From a virus, in the IMG/VR virus record IMGVR_UViG_3300002026_000045, positions 1-64,000 of that record: a stretch of DNA of 64,000 bases. The stretch is one strand, 5' to 3'. This document shows, piece after piece, positions 1-10,598 of this stretch; position 1 is the first letter of the stretch, and the number at the start of each line of letters is the position of its first letter. Below the pieces are notes generated by a model, which worked only from the letters and a program-made list of their open reading frames with translations, did no database searches and was not told the origin of the DNA. Made by a program: the position numbers and the translations under genes.

Positions 1-838
1 TAAACACGTAGGTTTTTTCTTCTTCAATTTGCGGGCCAATATGGCCAGTGAGCCAACCTGTCACTGGATCTAAATATAATCCTGGCGGTAATGCTTGCTT
101 TGTTTGATCGAAACCAGATAAGTCAAACCCTGTTCCTGGTCTAAATTCACCAGGAACATATGGCAATTCATCCCAGTCCCATGGACCTTGAGAAAATGTT
201 AGCTCGTCAAAATAATCTACACCAAATCTTAGTTCCTCTCCATCAAAATCTCGCCCTTCAAATTTAAATGCAAAATTGCTTCTTTGCCGTTGTGCGCCAA
301 GATCGTCTGGCTTAGTAGTTATGAATGGTGAATGTTTGTCATCTAAGTCAGCAGTTAGAATAGTTGAGCCAATTGATATCAATGTACTGTCAACAGTAAA
401 CAAGCTCTTGGCTTGAACATTTATTGTGTAAGTAGAACTGTCATATCTTGACCCGTCAAATACCCTAACTGTAAAACGATAAGTTTTGGATTTTGCAGCC
501 GCAACAGGTGCATCCCATGGTATGTAATCCCAACCGGGTACGCTCCATCCTAATATTAGTTCATCTTCTTTGTTATAAAATGGCTCTATGTAGCCAGACA
601 AAACTCCAGTGTTTGCATCTAACTCAACACCTTTTGGCAGTTGACCACTTATAACTTCCCATGTTATTGGTGCTGTTGGATTTGGGTCAATAACTACCAA
701 TGGTAAATCTAAATAGTATCCGTCGTAAAACGTACCAAGTGATGTATTTTTTGGTATTATTTCAGGATTTGCTATCGATACTATGCTTAAATTAACGTCT
801 GTGAAAATTTTGACAAAGTTGTGGCTGTCGGAAATCCT
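1..838 (-). CDS. Continuation (-1 frame) of a large Ig-like-repeat virion/baseplate protein; runs off the window edge
   Basis: Hand translation: frame open from ~838 to position 1 with no stop and no ATG (NLSIVSIANPEIIP...WEVISGQLPKGVELDANTGVLSGYI...LPPGLYLDPVTGWLTG); LPxGLxLDxxTG motifs are typical of putative-Ig repeats. Confidence 0.75.
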
Positions 839-1245
839 TCAATTACAGGGACTCCTTGAATTTTCCCGTTAGGATACATCTGCAACCCGTCGCCTAACTT
901 ACCTGAGATTATTTTGTACTTTAAGCTGGTAGTAGAAATGTTGCCTGCTTCTGACAATATGTAACCGTCACCGATTTGATTACCTACTGTAGGCAGCAAT
1001 TGCTCACTGTCTACTGTTCCTTTGAGATTAAGCTTTCTTGGACCCAATGCAGTAATAAGAGTAGTGTATTCCCATTCAGGACCAACTTTCATCATTCTCC
1101 ATTTGTCAGCGCCGTCATAATGATCCCAAAAGAAAACAGTTTCATCTCTTGCGTACTTTGCTTTCAGCTCATACTCAAAGTACCCTTCTTCTGAGTATGT
1201 TGCAATAACACCAATTGGTGTGATCCATTGTAATTTTTTAGACAT
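787..1245 (-). CDS. N-terminal part of the Ig-repeat virion/baseplate protein (apparently frameshifted)
   Basis: YKIISGKLGDGLQMYPNGKIQGVP is the same repeat type as in the downstream frame; stop at 787 lies within an overlap with the open -1 frame. Confidence 0.65.
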   Translation of the reverse strand: MSKKLQWITPIGVIATYSEEGYFEYELKAKYARDETVFFWDHYDGADKWRMMKVGPEWEYTTLITALGPRKLNLKGTVDSEQLLPTVGNQIGDGYILSEAGNISTTSLKYKIISGKLGDGLQMYPNGKIQGVPVIEGFPTATTLSKFSQTLI

Positions 1246-4200
1246 TATAGTATAACAGCATTGATAATTTTAGTTTCAGTGCCTACGTTGTCTTCTAGTG
1301 ATTTAGCAAATACTGCTGGACCGTATGATCCTTCTTTTCCAACACTTTCTGCGTATCCTTTTGTGTGACTAGTTACTAGCAAGTCACCTTTTCGTACAGG
1401 ACCTATTACTTTTACTGGCACTTTACCACGTAATGCCAATGGAACTGCGTTTTCTGCGTCCTTGTTCATTAAGTAAGCTGGGTTTGTTGAAACTACCCCA
1501 GCCACTGACACATTAGCAAACCCGTCCATAGCAGTTACTTCACGCTCGCCACCAAAAACCAGCACTGTCCCTGGTTCATATTGTTCATCAGATTCATACA
1601 TTTCTGCTAAGTCTGCATATCTTGCCTGTGTAGAAACCCCAACAAATGTGTTTGCAGTAAGTACACCAGCACTAGTCACTGAAAATCTGTAAACTGATGC
1701 TCCGTCTGACCAACCACCAAGTCTAAAAACATTATCTGTGTCTAACCCCATGTTAACCGCATACGCACCTGCTCTATGGAATGATACCGTCGCAGCAGTA
1801 GTTGTGCTTCCCATAAATTGTACATTGGCCGCGCCTACTGTGCCAACAGCAGTAGTATTATTGCCTGTTGTTATATATCCACCAGACAGGTTAGTTGCAG
1901 TAGTAGCAGTAGCAGAATTTCCTGTGCACGACCCAGCTGACCCAGTTACACTTCCTGTTACATTACCAGTTACACTTCCAGTCAATGGTCCAGTGAATGC
2001 AGTTGCAGTTAATGGTCCAGTTAATGTACCACCAGTCAATGGTAAATCCAATGACGCATGGCCAGTTACACTTCCAGTTAATGGACCAGTGAATGCGGTT
2101 GCAGTCAATGGGCCAGTTAATGTTCCGCCAGTCAATGGTAAGTCTAATGATGCATGGCCAGTTACACTGCCAGTTAATGGTCCGTTAAACGAGACCGCAG
2201 TCAACGCACCAGTCAACGATCCACCAGTTAATGGTAAATCCAATGACGCATGGCCGTTTAGCGCACCATTAAATGTAGTAGCTGTAACCGCACCAACAAC
2301 ATTCAACGATGTAAGAGAACCAACAGATGTAATAAGAGGTTGAGCAGGGGCAGTAACACTAGTTGCAGTCCCAACTAAATTAGCAGTTATAATTCCCGCA
2401 CTAAAATTACCAGACCCATCTCGCAATGCAATAGTATTGGCAGTGTTAAGTGAAGTTGCTACAATAGTCGCAGAATTAGTTTGATTGGTTACACTGCCAG
2501 CAGTAGTAGCGTAGTTAATTGATCCTGTTCCGGCAACGCCAGCTGTTGTTTGCACTGTTCCATCTGGAAATTTAATACCACCAGATGTATTCCATATTTG
2601 TCCTGACGAGTTTATTGTAGTAAATGTGCCAGCTGCTGGATTTATTGCGCCAATAATTCCGTCTAAGTTAGACCCAATTATGCTTCCTGAGCTATTAACA
2701 GATGTTGAGTAAATAGTACCAAATCTGTTAACTCCCGTCCCAATGTCTTGTGTTCCAGCGCCAGTGGTTAACAATTGTGACCCTATCGTTACTGCGCCAA
2801 TTAATGTTGATGTTCCTGAAACTGACAACGAGCTTAATGTTCCTACGCTAGTAACAAATGGCTGGTTTGGAGTTTTTAACTGCCCGTACAAATATGCGCC
2901 TGATATGTTTCCAGTGGTCGTTATGTTTCCGGTTGTTTCTATTCCACCTACACCAACAGTTAACGATCCAGTGGTTGTGCTTCCTGTCACCACTAAATTT
3001 GATAAATTACCAACACTAGTTATTGCAGTTTGCGCTGGATAAGTTACAGTGTTTGCTGATCCAGTTATATTTCCAGACAGGCTACCAGTTACTACACCAT
3101 TGAAAATTCCATTGAATGTATGAGCAGTTACGTCGCCAATAACAGTTAAATCAGTCAACGACCCAACGGACGTTATGTTTGGTTGAGCTGCGGTAGTTAG
3201 TTCTCCCCCTAGTGTAAATGCGTTTACGCTAGTGGCTGAGGTTAAATGATGAACGCTTGCACTATATGATGATATGCTGTTTGCTACTTCAAGATTTCCT
3301 AGAATGCCAACTGACGTAATGTTAGTTTGCTCAGTGGTAGTTAATGTGCCTGATACTGTATTAGCAAGAATTGTTGGGGAAGTTACAGAACCCCCTACAT
3401 TTAAATTGCCGGTTACTCCCGCGCCACCCACTACACGCAATGTCCCGGTGTTTGTAGTTTCGCTTGCAGTGTTACTAATAAAAATAGTGTCAAGTGACAC
3501 AGTTCCGCCATGAAATGCCTCAGCACTAGTTGCAACTGATATTCCGTTTACATACAACGTGCCGCCAGTGATTCGTATGTCGTGATTATCAACAGCTACA
3601 TTGCCATTGACATTTAGCTCTGACAATGTTCCCACTGACGTTACGTTTGGTTGTACCGCAGTAATTAACTCTCCAGTAAACCCATTTGTTGAGATTACTG
3701 AATTTGCTTGTATAATGTTAAATATGCTCGTACCATTGGACAAAACATTTGCCTCAACTACGTCAAATCTTGCAGTGCCTAATGTTCCTAATGAATCAGT
3801 TTTGAAAACAAATTTACCTGTTTGCGAATCTAACCCAAGAAACCCATCTTGCTGTTCAGATAGTGTATCGTTGAAATAGTAGAATTTAATTCCTCGATCA
3901 TACCCGTCATTATAAGATAATGTTGCCCCGTCAACTCCACCAATTTCAATTATTGGGTCAGACACTTTAAATTCTGACGTTGATACTGTTACTACATTGC
4001 CCAAGACCGTTAACGTGCCGTCTATTTGTAAATTTTTAGTTACATATAAATCTTTTGGATCTAATGTTGTGCCCACTGTCAACGATCCAGTGTTAACACT
4101 ACCAGCCAACACTGAGTCCCCTACTACTCCAAGTGTACTTGCAGTAACAGTGTCGCCCTGAATATCACCGTAAACAGTCCCGCCTACATGTAAATCGCCG

Positions 4201-4490
4201 CCAATTCCTGTTCCACCAACTACTACTAATGCGCCAGTTGATGTAGACGTGCTAACTGTATTTGACAATATAGTTAAATTTGAATTAATGACCCCAACGT
4301 TTGCAATAAACGAGTTTGTAGTTGTGGTTTCCCTAACAGTTAAATTTGCTAACTTTGGACCAAGCAATAAAAATTCTGTAATTGCTGTAATATTCTGATT
4401 TGTTAGAATAAAGGCGTCACGAATATTGTTCCCAGTGCCATCGTTGGGACTAAGACCTATGTTAACTAGTTGTGTATCTATTTCAGCCAT
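1245..4490 (-). CDS. Long tail fibre/spike protein with C-terminal intramolecular-chaperone-like domain
   Basis: N-terminal IGxxPNDGTGxxIRxAF baseplate-attachment motif; Gly/Thr/Ser-rich; repeated QPNITSVGxL units; C-terminal ARYADLAEMY...GDLLVTS domain. Confidence 0.85.
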   Translation of the reverse strand: MAEIDTQLVNIGLSPNDGTGNNIRDAFILTNQNITAITEFLLLGPKLANLTVRETTTTNSFIANVGVINSNLTILSNTVSTSTSTGALVVVGGTGIGGDLHVGGTVYGDIQGDTVTASTLGVVGDSVLAGSVNTGSLTVGTTLDPKDLYVTKNLQIDGTLTVLGNVVTVSTSEFKVSDPIIEIGGVDGATLSYNDGYDRGIKFYYFNDTLSEQQDGFLGLDSQTGKFVFKTDSLGTLGTARFDVVEANVLSNGTSIFNIIQANSVISTNGFTGELITAVQPNVTSVGTLSELNVNGNVAVDNHDIRITGGTLYVNGISVATSAEAFHGGTVSLDTIFISNTASETTNTGTLRVVGGAGVTGNLNVGGSVTSPTILANTVSGTLTTTEQTNITSVGILGNLEVANSISSYSASVHHLTSATSVNAFTLGGELTTAAQPNITSVGSLTDLTVIGDVTAHTFNGIFNGVVTGSLSGNITGSANTVTYPAQTAITSVGNLSNLVVTGSTTTGSLTVGVGGIETTGNITTTGNISGAYLYGQLKTPNQPFVTSVGTLSSLSVSGTSTLIGAVTIGSQLLTTGAGTQDIGTGVNRFGTIYSTSVNSSGSIIGSNLDGIIGAINPAAGTFTTINSSGQIWNTSGGIKFPDGTVQTTAGVAGTGSINYATTAGSVTNQTNSATIVATSLNTANTIALRDGSGNFSAGIITANLVGTATSVTAPAQPLITSVGSLTSLNVVGAVTATTFNGALNGHASLDLPLTGGSLTGALTAVSFNGPLTGSVTGHASLDLPLTGGTLTGPLTATAFTGPLTGSVTGHASLDLPLTGGTLTGPLTATAFTGPLTGSVTGNVTGSVTGSAGSCTGNSATATTATNLSGGYITTGNNTTAVGTVGAANVQFMGSTTTAATVSFHRAGAYAVNMGLDTDNVFRLGGWSDGASVYRFSVTSAGVLTANTFVGVSTQARYADLAEMYESDEQYEPGTVLVFGGEREVTAMDGFANVSVAGVVSTNPAYLMNKDAENAVPLALRGKVPVKVIGPVRKGDLLVTSHTKGYAESVGKEGSYGPAVFAKSLEDNVGTETKIINAVIL
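1965..2254 (-). repeat. Three tandem ~96 bp (32 aa) repeats in the tail fibre
   Basis: GHASLDLPLTGG(S/T)LTGxLTAxxFxGPLTGSVT x3; gcatggcc recurs at ~2056, ~2152 and ~2248. Confidence 0.9.
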
Positions 4491-4496
4491 GTTTTA

Positions 4497-5087
4497 TTAC
4501 CAAGTAGGGCTCATTTGTGTGCGAGTCCAAATTGCTCGAGTTCCGTCATTATAATCTTCAATGCAAAAATATAAAAAGTTTGCATTTACTACTACATCAC
4601 CAACTACATCGCCGGGTTTTCCATATTGTGAGTCAGGTATGTAATCACCAAACCCTTTGCCAGGTAGGCCGTTTTGTCCAGCGTCACCTTTAAAAGACGC
4701 ATGCCAATCATAAATCGTGCCAACAAACCCTAACCGTAATGCTTCTTGATAAGCATCTAGTCCTGCTGGGCCCATTGCACCAGGTGTTCCGTTTACACCG
4801 TTATCACCAGCCGGCCCTTGAAATCCTTGAATGCCCTGTGGACCAGTCGGGCCCATTGGACCTTGTGGACCAGTCGGGCCCATTGGACCAACTGGTCCAG
4901 GTATTCCACCTCCACCGCCGTTTGCCAGTGCAAATGCCTCGGTGGCCATTGCATGCCCGCCTACTGTTGTCCCATCGTGTAAAATTAATTTAGCTAACTC
5001 TGTATCAGCTGTTAATTCGCCCATTGCTCCAGTGAATGCAGCGTTTTCTGCAGTTGTTCCTCTGCGTATTTGTACTCGTCGACTCAT
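4497..5087 (-). CDS. Collagen-like fibre protein with Mtd/hyaluronidase-type N-terminal domain
   Basis: QIRRGTTAENAAFTGAMGELTADT...HDGTTVGG N-terminus followed by Gly-X-Y repeats. Confidence 0.8.
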   Translation of the reverse strand: MSRRVQIRRGTTAENAAFTGAMGELTADTELAKLILHDGTTVGGHAMATEAFALANGGGGGIPGPVGPMGPTGPQGPMGPTGPQGIQGFQGPAGDNGVNGTPGAMGPAGLDAYQEALRLGFVGTIYDWHASFKGDAGQNGLPGKGFGDYIPDSQYGKPGDVVGDVVVNANFLYFCIEDYNDGTRAIWTRTQMSPTW

Positions 5088-5548
5088 ATTATGCTCCCGA
5101 AATCGTCTGTGACAGTCGCAGTATCAACAATAAACCCATAATCTAGATTCAAACCACTGCCACCAATGCTAATATTTAGTAGCAATTGATCTACTTCAGA
5201 TTTAGTATAAACATCACCACGTAAATTTAATATTAATTGATTTATTTGGGAATTGGTGTACGGTGCGCCGCCTTCTGGTGGAGGTGGAGGTGGAAGACCT
5301 AAAAGTTCGTTAATTCGAGCATCAACGTAATATTTTGATGTACCGCCAATGATGTCAGTTGCGTTAAGCAATACATTGCCAGTTCTGCCAGAAACAGAAA
5401 GAACGCCAAGTGGTGGCGGTGGCAATCCATTGTTTACAATGGAATATAATTCATCAAAGTTTTTGTTTACTTTGTCAAAACTTGTTCGTATTGGGTCACC
5501 AGAACCGTCCGCTGGTGCATCGCCTATATCAACAATTAGTTGTGTCAT
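5084..5548 (-). CDS. Baseplate/fibre-associated protein (T4 gp9/gp10-like N-terminal motif)
   Basis: IGDAPADGSGDPIRTSFDKVNKNFDELY; SVSGRTGNV; late promoter TAAATA upstream at 5570-5575. Confidence 0.7.
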   Translation of the reverse strand: MTQLIVDIGDAPADGSGDPIRTSFDKVNKNFDELYSIVNNGLPPPPLGVLSVSGRTGNVLLNATDIIGGTSKYYVDARINELLGLPPPPPPEGGAPYTNSQINQLILNLRGDVYTKSEVDQLLLNISIGGSGLNLDYGFIVDTATVTDDFGSII

Positions 5549-5609
5549 ACATTCTGTCCTTATTCAATATATTTATCAAATAAAAACAGAATGTCACGTG
5601 CTTTGAATA

Positions 5610-5831
5610 TTATTGGTTTCTGTAGATAATTCTACCTTTAGAATTATCATAAACTGACATTTCTACTGTGACTCGATCGCCAAGTAAAACATTAATTGTA
5701 TGTTGACGGAGTTTGCCTCCGAGATATGCAATGATTTTGTGCTGATTATCGGTTAGCACTACGCGGAACGTGGCATTTGGTAATACCTCTACAACTTTGC
5801 CTTCATATTGAAGACTTTCTTCTTTAGCCAA
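5610..5831 (-). CDS. infA: Translation initiation factor IF-1
   Basis: MAKEESLQYEGKVVEVLPNATFRV...GK.R...I.VLLGDRVTVEMSVYD.SKGRIIYR; TTG start with GGAG RBS. Confidence 0.95.
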   Translation of the reverse strand: MAKEESLQYEGKVVEVLPNATFRVVLTDNQHKIIAYLGGKLRQHTINVLLGDRVTVEMSVYDNSKGRIIYRNQ

Positions 5832-5857
5832 TTTAATTAAAACTCCTGTTAAACGAA

Positions 5858-5865
5858 TATTTATA
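5858..5865 (-). promoter_or_regulatory. T4-type late promoter TATAAATA upstream of IF1
   Basis: Exact T4 late consensus on the minus strand. The core TAAATA also precedes genes at 5570(-), 20108(-), 21771(+), 26410(+), 32269(-), 38931(-), 41582(-), 53305(+), 56468(-), 56548(+), 58675(-), 60689(-), 63293(-), 63542(-). Confidence 0.7.
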
Positions 5866-5872
5866 CATAAGG

Positions 5873-6292
5873 TTAATTTTTACTTGATCTAAAGTTTTTT
5901 GCCGCAGTTACGCTTTTTGCAAGCGTAGCAGAATAGTTCAATGCTTGTTGCTCAGTCATCATTATTGCAGCGGTGTATGTGATTCTGCCAGTGAACCAAA
6001 TATCCTTGGTGAGTTTTAACTTACGGATTAAACCGTTAACCAGTCTTTTAACAAACCAGTCTGTATGTTGCAAAAACTCATTATCTATATCATAACGAGG
6101 TTTAAAGGTTTCACCCCAGCAGTCTGTTGATTGCGTAGTTGCTATTTCCACGGTAATTGACCCTGCCTCTGCCTCAACCCACACGTCGTGATCACTATCG
6201 CCACAGCCACACTCGCATGCAACATTAAATCTCATCGCATCGCCGTATGATCTGTGTATTAACACACCTTCAGCTGGAGTTTGATCTTTCAT
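5873..6292 (-). CDS. Hypothetical phage protein (CxC motif)
   Basis: ORF coupled to neighbours on the coding strand. Confidence 0.6.
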   Translation of the reverse strand: MKDQTPAEGVLIHRSYGDAMRFNVACECGCGDSDHDVWVEAEAGSITVEIATTQSTDCWGETFKPRYDIDNEFLQHTDWFVKRLVNGLIRKLKLTKDIWFTGRITYTAAIMMTEQQALNYSATLAKSVTAAKNFRSSKN

Positions 6293-6615
6293 TTCTTTGC
6301 TTCCTCGGTTATGAATAACGCCATCAGTGACAAATCCTCTGTGGCAACAAATATTGAAAAATCGTTAAATTTCTTTCGTAAGGCTGGCAAAATGTCTTCC
6401 ATTGAGTTGCATTGCATAACAAACTCATTGCTGTCAACTTTATGCACCAAGTACATATCTTTGCCAAGTTGGTCTACGATTCTATCTACTTTAACCATTA
6501 TTGTGTTTTTTAATTTAGCTTCAACTTGCGCATCATAGACACTGCGAGTAAAAGTAACCGCCCGCATAATTAAATATGCGGCGACTGCAATCACAAAAAT
6601 ATCAATTAAGTCCAT
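6289..6615 (-). CDS. Hypothetical membrane-anchored protein
   Basis: N-terminal hydrophobic helix; overlaps both neighbours. Confidence 0.6.
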   Translation of the reverse strand: MDLIDIFVIAVAAYLIMRAVTFTRSVYDAQVEAKLKNTIMVKVDRIVDQLGKDMYLVHKVDSNEFVMQCNSMEDILPALRKKFNDFSIFVATEDLSLMALFITEEAKK

Positions 6616-7484
6616 AGTGTCCTCCTCAATTTAATTAGTCTAATCATCATTTGCTCGTCTTCAATGTCCCATTGCTTTTCTAACTCATCTTTTGCAGTTG
6701 ACAGCGCATCGTATTTCTTTCTTTCAGATGCAGTTAATGTACCATTAAGAAGCCAGCCTCTCCTGCCTCTCCCACGCTTTCTTTTTTTACTAGGATTATC
6801 AAATTCACTGCCATATTTTTCATCCATCGTGTTCCAAAACGCTCTAAACCCAGATGCATCCCATGAATCACCTCGCGCTGGCCGAATAGTTTTCCACCAT
6901 GTATACAGTGTCATTTTTTCAATGGCTGATTGCGATTGCATATTCCCAAACTTACCATTCTCTTTTTCCTCGCCAAGACTCATTTCCCATTTTAAATGAT
7001 CAATCCCGGCTTCTGGGCATGGCCATGCTTTGCCCCAATTCAATGAATGCTTGGTAAAAAATGGAACTTTATATTTTGCTAAAATAGTGGCGTCTGACCA
7101 TTGGATATGTCTATACGCTTCATCTATCTCAATGTAATCCACAAATGAGTCAAATAAGCTATGCAAAATTCTAGTATCAAATTCATGATACCTTCCTTTT
7201 TCTAATTTTGAGCTTAAACAATGACTGTTGTTATTTACATTTGATGCATAAATTCGAAGATCATACAGATATTTTATAGTGTAATTTGGTATAGATTCAA
7301 GCCACACTGGAAATACTTCGGTTAAGAAATATGCAATTGGCCGAGATGATTTAAGCTTATCGTCCCACTCTTCCCACCCGCCCCACGGCAATGCGGTTGG
7401 TTTTTCAATTTTAAACACGTTAACCCTAAGCCATTCAACTGGCCTAGAGCTAGCATAGTGCCTACTTGGATTAAATCTTGCCAT
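6606..7484 (-). CDS. Hypothetical phage protein
   Basis: 292 aa ORF within the operon. Confidence 0.7.
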   Translation of the reverse strand: MARFNPSRHYASSRPVEWLRVNVFKIEKPTALPWGGWEEWDDKLKSSRPIAYFLTEVFPVWLESIPNYTIKYLYDLRIYASNVNNNSHCLSSKLEKGRYHEFDTRILHSLFDSFVDYIEIDEAYRHIQWSDATILAKYKVPFFTKHSLNWGKAWPCPEAGIDHLKWEMSLGEEKENGKFGNMQSQSAIEKMTLYTWWKTIRPARGDSWDASGFRAFWNTMDEKYGSEFDNPSKKRKRGRGRRGWLLNGTLTASERKKYDALSTAKDELEKQWDIEDEQMMIRLIKLRRTLWT

Positions 7485-7812
7485 GTTGATCTTCTATGCG
7501 AGCACACACATCAACAAAACTTTCGTGCGGATTAACGTCAACACCGTAAATATCCTTAAACTTAGATTTCATTTCATTGTCACAAATTTTGTTAATTTCC
7601 ATTGGAGACAAAGTTTTATCAAATTCTTCATCAGGCATGCAACATGCAGAAAAATCACTTAGCCACGATTCATCTGTAATGCAAACATCATATGGTTGCA
7701 TGTGAAATATGTTACGCACAATATCTTGGATTAAGCCTTCATATTGGCTTACCGCCTCATTAGAGGCAATATGCACGTTGGCATGGGTAAGTGCTCTGTC
7801 TAGTCTTATCAT
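7471..7812 (-). CDS. Hypothetical protein
   Basis: ORF within the operon. Confidence 0.6.
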   Translation of the reverse strand: MIRLDRALTHANVHIASNEAVSQYEGLIQDIVRNIFHMQPYDVCITDESWLSDFSACCMPDEEFDKTLSPMEINKICDNEMKSKFKDIYGVDVNPHESFVDVCARIEDQHGKI

Positions 7813-7813
7813 A

Positions 7814-8989
7814 TTATTCCTCTAAAATTTGGTCATTCCAGTGACAGTTAAACATCCATCGCACATCATCAACTTTAGCTTGTGTTGAACAAGACTTAGA
7901 AATAGCATCTTTTACTAACGCAACTGTATTGTCTCCAGGCTGCAAATTGTGCATAGCGTATAAAAATCGTGCATAGTGAGGATCTTGTTTTTGCACAAAA
8001 TCCACAGCGTATGACTTGCGATCTATATCCATTGGCACACTGCACCGCAACTCTACTAATTTGTGCGATGTTTTATTTACCCCACCCCAAAATTTCTGTT
8101 CAAATTCTTCAACTCGAGCTAAATCCGTTGGGTCAAGAAATGCTTTTACGTCATCCATTTTTTCAGTGACTAACAACTCAACGATATTCTTTTCACGGCC
8201 AATCATATCCTTTGCTTTATGCTTACGGACATAATCCTCGGCTTTGATTTTGATCATGTGACCAGAATCAAATCGTACTACAAACCCTTCGCATCCTACC
8301 ATTGGCCCAGTTTGGTCAATCAGCTCTTGCATGTTAGCCGCAGTACCAGCATAGGCATTAACCACTGGTATACCAAATAACTTTCCATGCATTTTTAAAT
8401 ATTCATGGCTAGCGTAGAGCCCAGCTTCATTTGCGCGGACTGCAATAAGCACTAACGCATCAACTGGATAGTCGATCACGATAGTTTGCTTACGAGAGCA
8501 CCATTCGAAAATAGGAGTTACACCTATTGAATTGCAGTGCTTTGCAAATCGCACGTATTCAGAATGAGCGGCAATAAATTCCTCAACTGGCAATGCTACT
8601 TGGGTTACTCCCATTTTGGTCCCCCAACGCAACCCATCTTCAGTCCACACTGGAGTGATCATTGAACCATCTAATTTTTCTAATATAACATGTGGTTCAG
8701 TAAAATCAATCTTCCCAACTTGAGTCTCGTCCTTTTCGTTGACGTTAAAAAACTTGTGCAACCGACGTGCAATTACTTTCCCAGTTGCAGAGTTGAAAAT
8801 TATCCCGCGTAGTTCTCGCAGAATTGCATCTTCCTCAGTTACTACTGGAGGAAAAGTGTTTGCCATTTGAACGACATAGTTAATAACAGTATATCCGCCG
8901 TCCTTTTCTGCTACAATAAATTCAGGCTTGTCCTTTATTAACGGTAATACTTGTGATATGTTGCGTATTGTTGGAAATTCGTAGTTCAT
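7814..8989 (-). CDS. rnl1: RNA ligase 1 (T4 Rnl1 family)
   Basis: ELRGIIF...HKFFNVNE, motif I EKLDGS, TPIFEWCS, EGFVV, KIKAEDY; likely start MNYEFP at 8989. Confidence 0.92.
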   Translation of the reverse strand: MNYEFPTIRNISQVLPLIKDKPEFIVAEKDGGYTVINYVVQMANTFPPVVTEEDAILRELRGIIFNSATGKVIARRLHKFFNVNEKDETQVGKIDFTEPHVILEKLDGSMITPVWTEDGLRWGTKMGVTQVALPVEEFIAAHSEYVRFAKHCNSIGVTPIFEWCSRKQTIVIDYPVDALVLIAVRANEAGLYASHEYLKMHGKLFGIPVVNAYAGTAANMQELIDQTGPMVGCEGFVVRFDSGHMIKIKAEDYVRKHKAKDMIGREKNIVELLVTEKMDDVKAFLDPTDLARVEEFEQKFWGGVNKTSHKLVELRCSVPMDIDRKSYAVDFVQKQDPHYARFLYAMHNLQPGDNTVALVKDAISKSCSTQAKVDDVRWMFNCHWNDQILEE

Positions 8990-8990
8990 T

Positions 8991-9233
8991 TTATAACCAT
9001 CTAAGTTTAAATAGCATTGCATCTTTTTCGTTTGTAAAAAATACAATGTCTTCGTATATATCAGTTATGCCGTCAGATATGTCATTATAGTCACAGTCAA
9101 ATTCTGACTCAATTTGCCATTTAAGTCTTTCAGGACCAATAACTTCACTAAGCCAGCAAATCATATCATTAGTTACTGGAGTTTGCAATGCAACTTTAGT
9201 TACCATTGTACAGTTAGTTTGTTTCTTGGTCAA
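8991..9233 (-). CDS. Small protein of the FxxExDAxxFxLxW paralogue family
   Basis: C-terminus FTNEKDAMLFKLRWL. Confidence 0.6.
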   Translation of the reverse strand: MTKKQTNCTMVTKVALQTPVTNDMICWLSEVIGPERLKWQIESEFDCDYNDISDGITDIYEDIVFFTNEKDAMLFKLRWL

Positions 9234-9532
9234 CTAATTTTAAAAAATCAAATAGCGTACCAATGAATACTGTGCACTTTAATGGTACTGTTACTTTAAT
9301 TTGCTTGCACTCAAAGTTGTTTGATATTACCAAATGTTTCACGTAATTTTCAAAACTGATCCAAAACTTATCCCAATCAGTTAAATTGTTGTAAGTTTTG
9401 GATCCGTCAAATACAATGTAATATTTTTCTCGTACTGTTTTAAGCGACACTAAAACATTCAATGGAGCGCATGCTTCAATTATTGGCAACAGCCGCTCCC
9501 CTACAACTGATTTTAAATCAATTATAGACATC

Positions 9533-9982
9533 CTAAAAATCCCCAGGGGCACATTGCAGGCAACGCACACCATTGGTTCTCCACATATCCACAACTTGAT
9601 TTCTATCGTCCACAACCATAAATGGCTCGCCGTACTCAACGCGAATTTGCTCAAGAATTTCTTCTTTGATGATGTTGTCTTGCCGCGAGTCGTTTGCTGG
9701 CCGCATGTACAGTTGTTTGAACACAATGCCGTATGCACTAAGCCAAGTAGTAGTCACGTGTCTTTCTTCCTCACCACGCCCAGACGCAATCAGCATAACT
9801 GTATCTTCTTGCTTTTGCAGTGTTTTGTACAGCCAAACAATATCTTGATACGGAGTATCATTTACCATCGCTCTGTTAAATGCTGGCCAGTTCTTTGGCT
9901 TAGTTCGCACGTAGGCTCGCCGATGCTCAATGTTAGCCAGTGTACCGTCGATGTCAAAGATAATAATTTTTTTAGACGACAT
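9533..9982 (-). CDS. Polynucleotide 3'-phosphatase (HAD; PseT C-terminal-like)
   Basis: FDIDGTLA, SGR, LYMRPANDSRQD, VDDRNQVVDMWR. Confidence 0.9.
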   Translation of the reverse strand: MSSKKIIIFDIDGTLANIEHRRAYVRTKPKNWPAFNRAMVNDTPYQDIVWLYKTLQKQEDTVMLIASGRGEEERHVTTTWLSAYGIVFKQLYMRPANDSRQDNIIKEEILEQIRVEYGEPFMVVDDRNQVVDMWRTNGVRCLQCAPGDF

Positions 9983-10239
9983 TATTTTCCTTCAATAATA
10001 AACGATCCGGAAATTCTTACGTTAACACCATTGTTATCAACAAATCCTGCTACTGGACCAAGGTACTCAATAGTGTTTGATGTTTGCCAAGTTTTAATTA
10101 CTTTACCATTGGCATCATACATCGTAACAGTTCTATCTAGAAATCCAGTTGCTGATTTGACATTATTCACTACTGAGTCAACACGACCACACCCAGCAAT
10201 CAAGGATACTAATGCAGCAATAACAAAAACTTTTTTCAT
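9982..10239 (-). CDS. Putative lipoprotein
   Basis: MKK + hydrophobic stretch + LIAGC lipobox. Confidence 0.7.
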   Translation of the reverse strand: MKKVFVIAALVSLIAGCGRVDSVVNNVKSATGFLDRTVTMYDANGKVIKTWQTSNTIEYLGPVAGFVDNNGVNVRISGSFIIEGK

Positions 10240-10598
10240 TTTTTAAATTCCTTAAACATAACACACCCAAAATTGTAGCGTGTCATAATGTTGTGCTCAG
10301 TATCTGAGCCATCAACGATTACCTTTGAAATGTATTCGTCATTATAAGACGCTGACGACGGATGTTGACGTCCAGATATCAATGTATGCTTGCAATAGTT
10401 TACATTTCCTGCATCATAGTGATAGCCTGTGCCATCTCCGTCGCCCCAAAATTTGCATTTGTCACAGTGCATAATAATTACCAGATAATGAATACAATAT
10501 ATAAAGAAGCCCAAAAAATTATACTAAGTGCAACGCCGCACACTGTACCTCGAGCAGTTGATAATCCGTCGTCATCTTCATCATGGGCGTTAATAATG

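Noticed and set aside
1965-2254. Tandem repeats as a possible CRISPR array or DGR template/variable repeat
   Set aside because: In-frame coding repeats without spacers; differences are not adenine-specific; no cas or reverse transcriptase gene in the window
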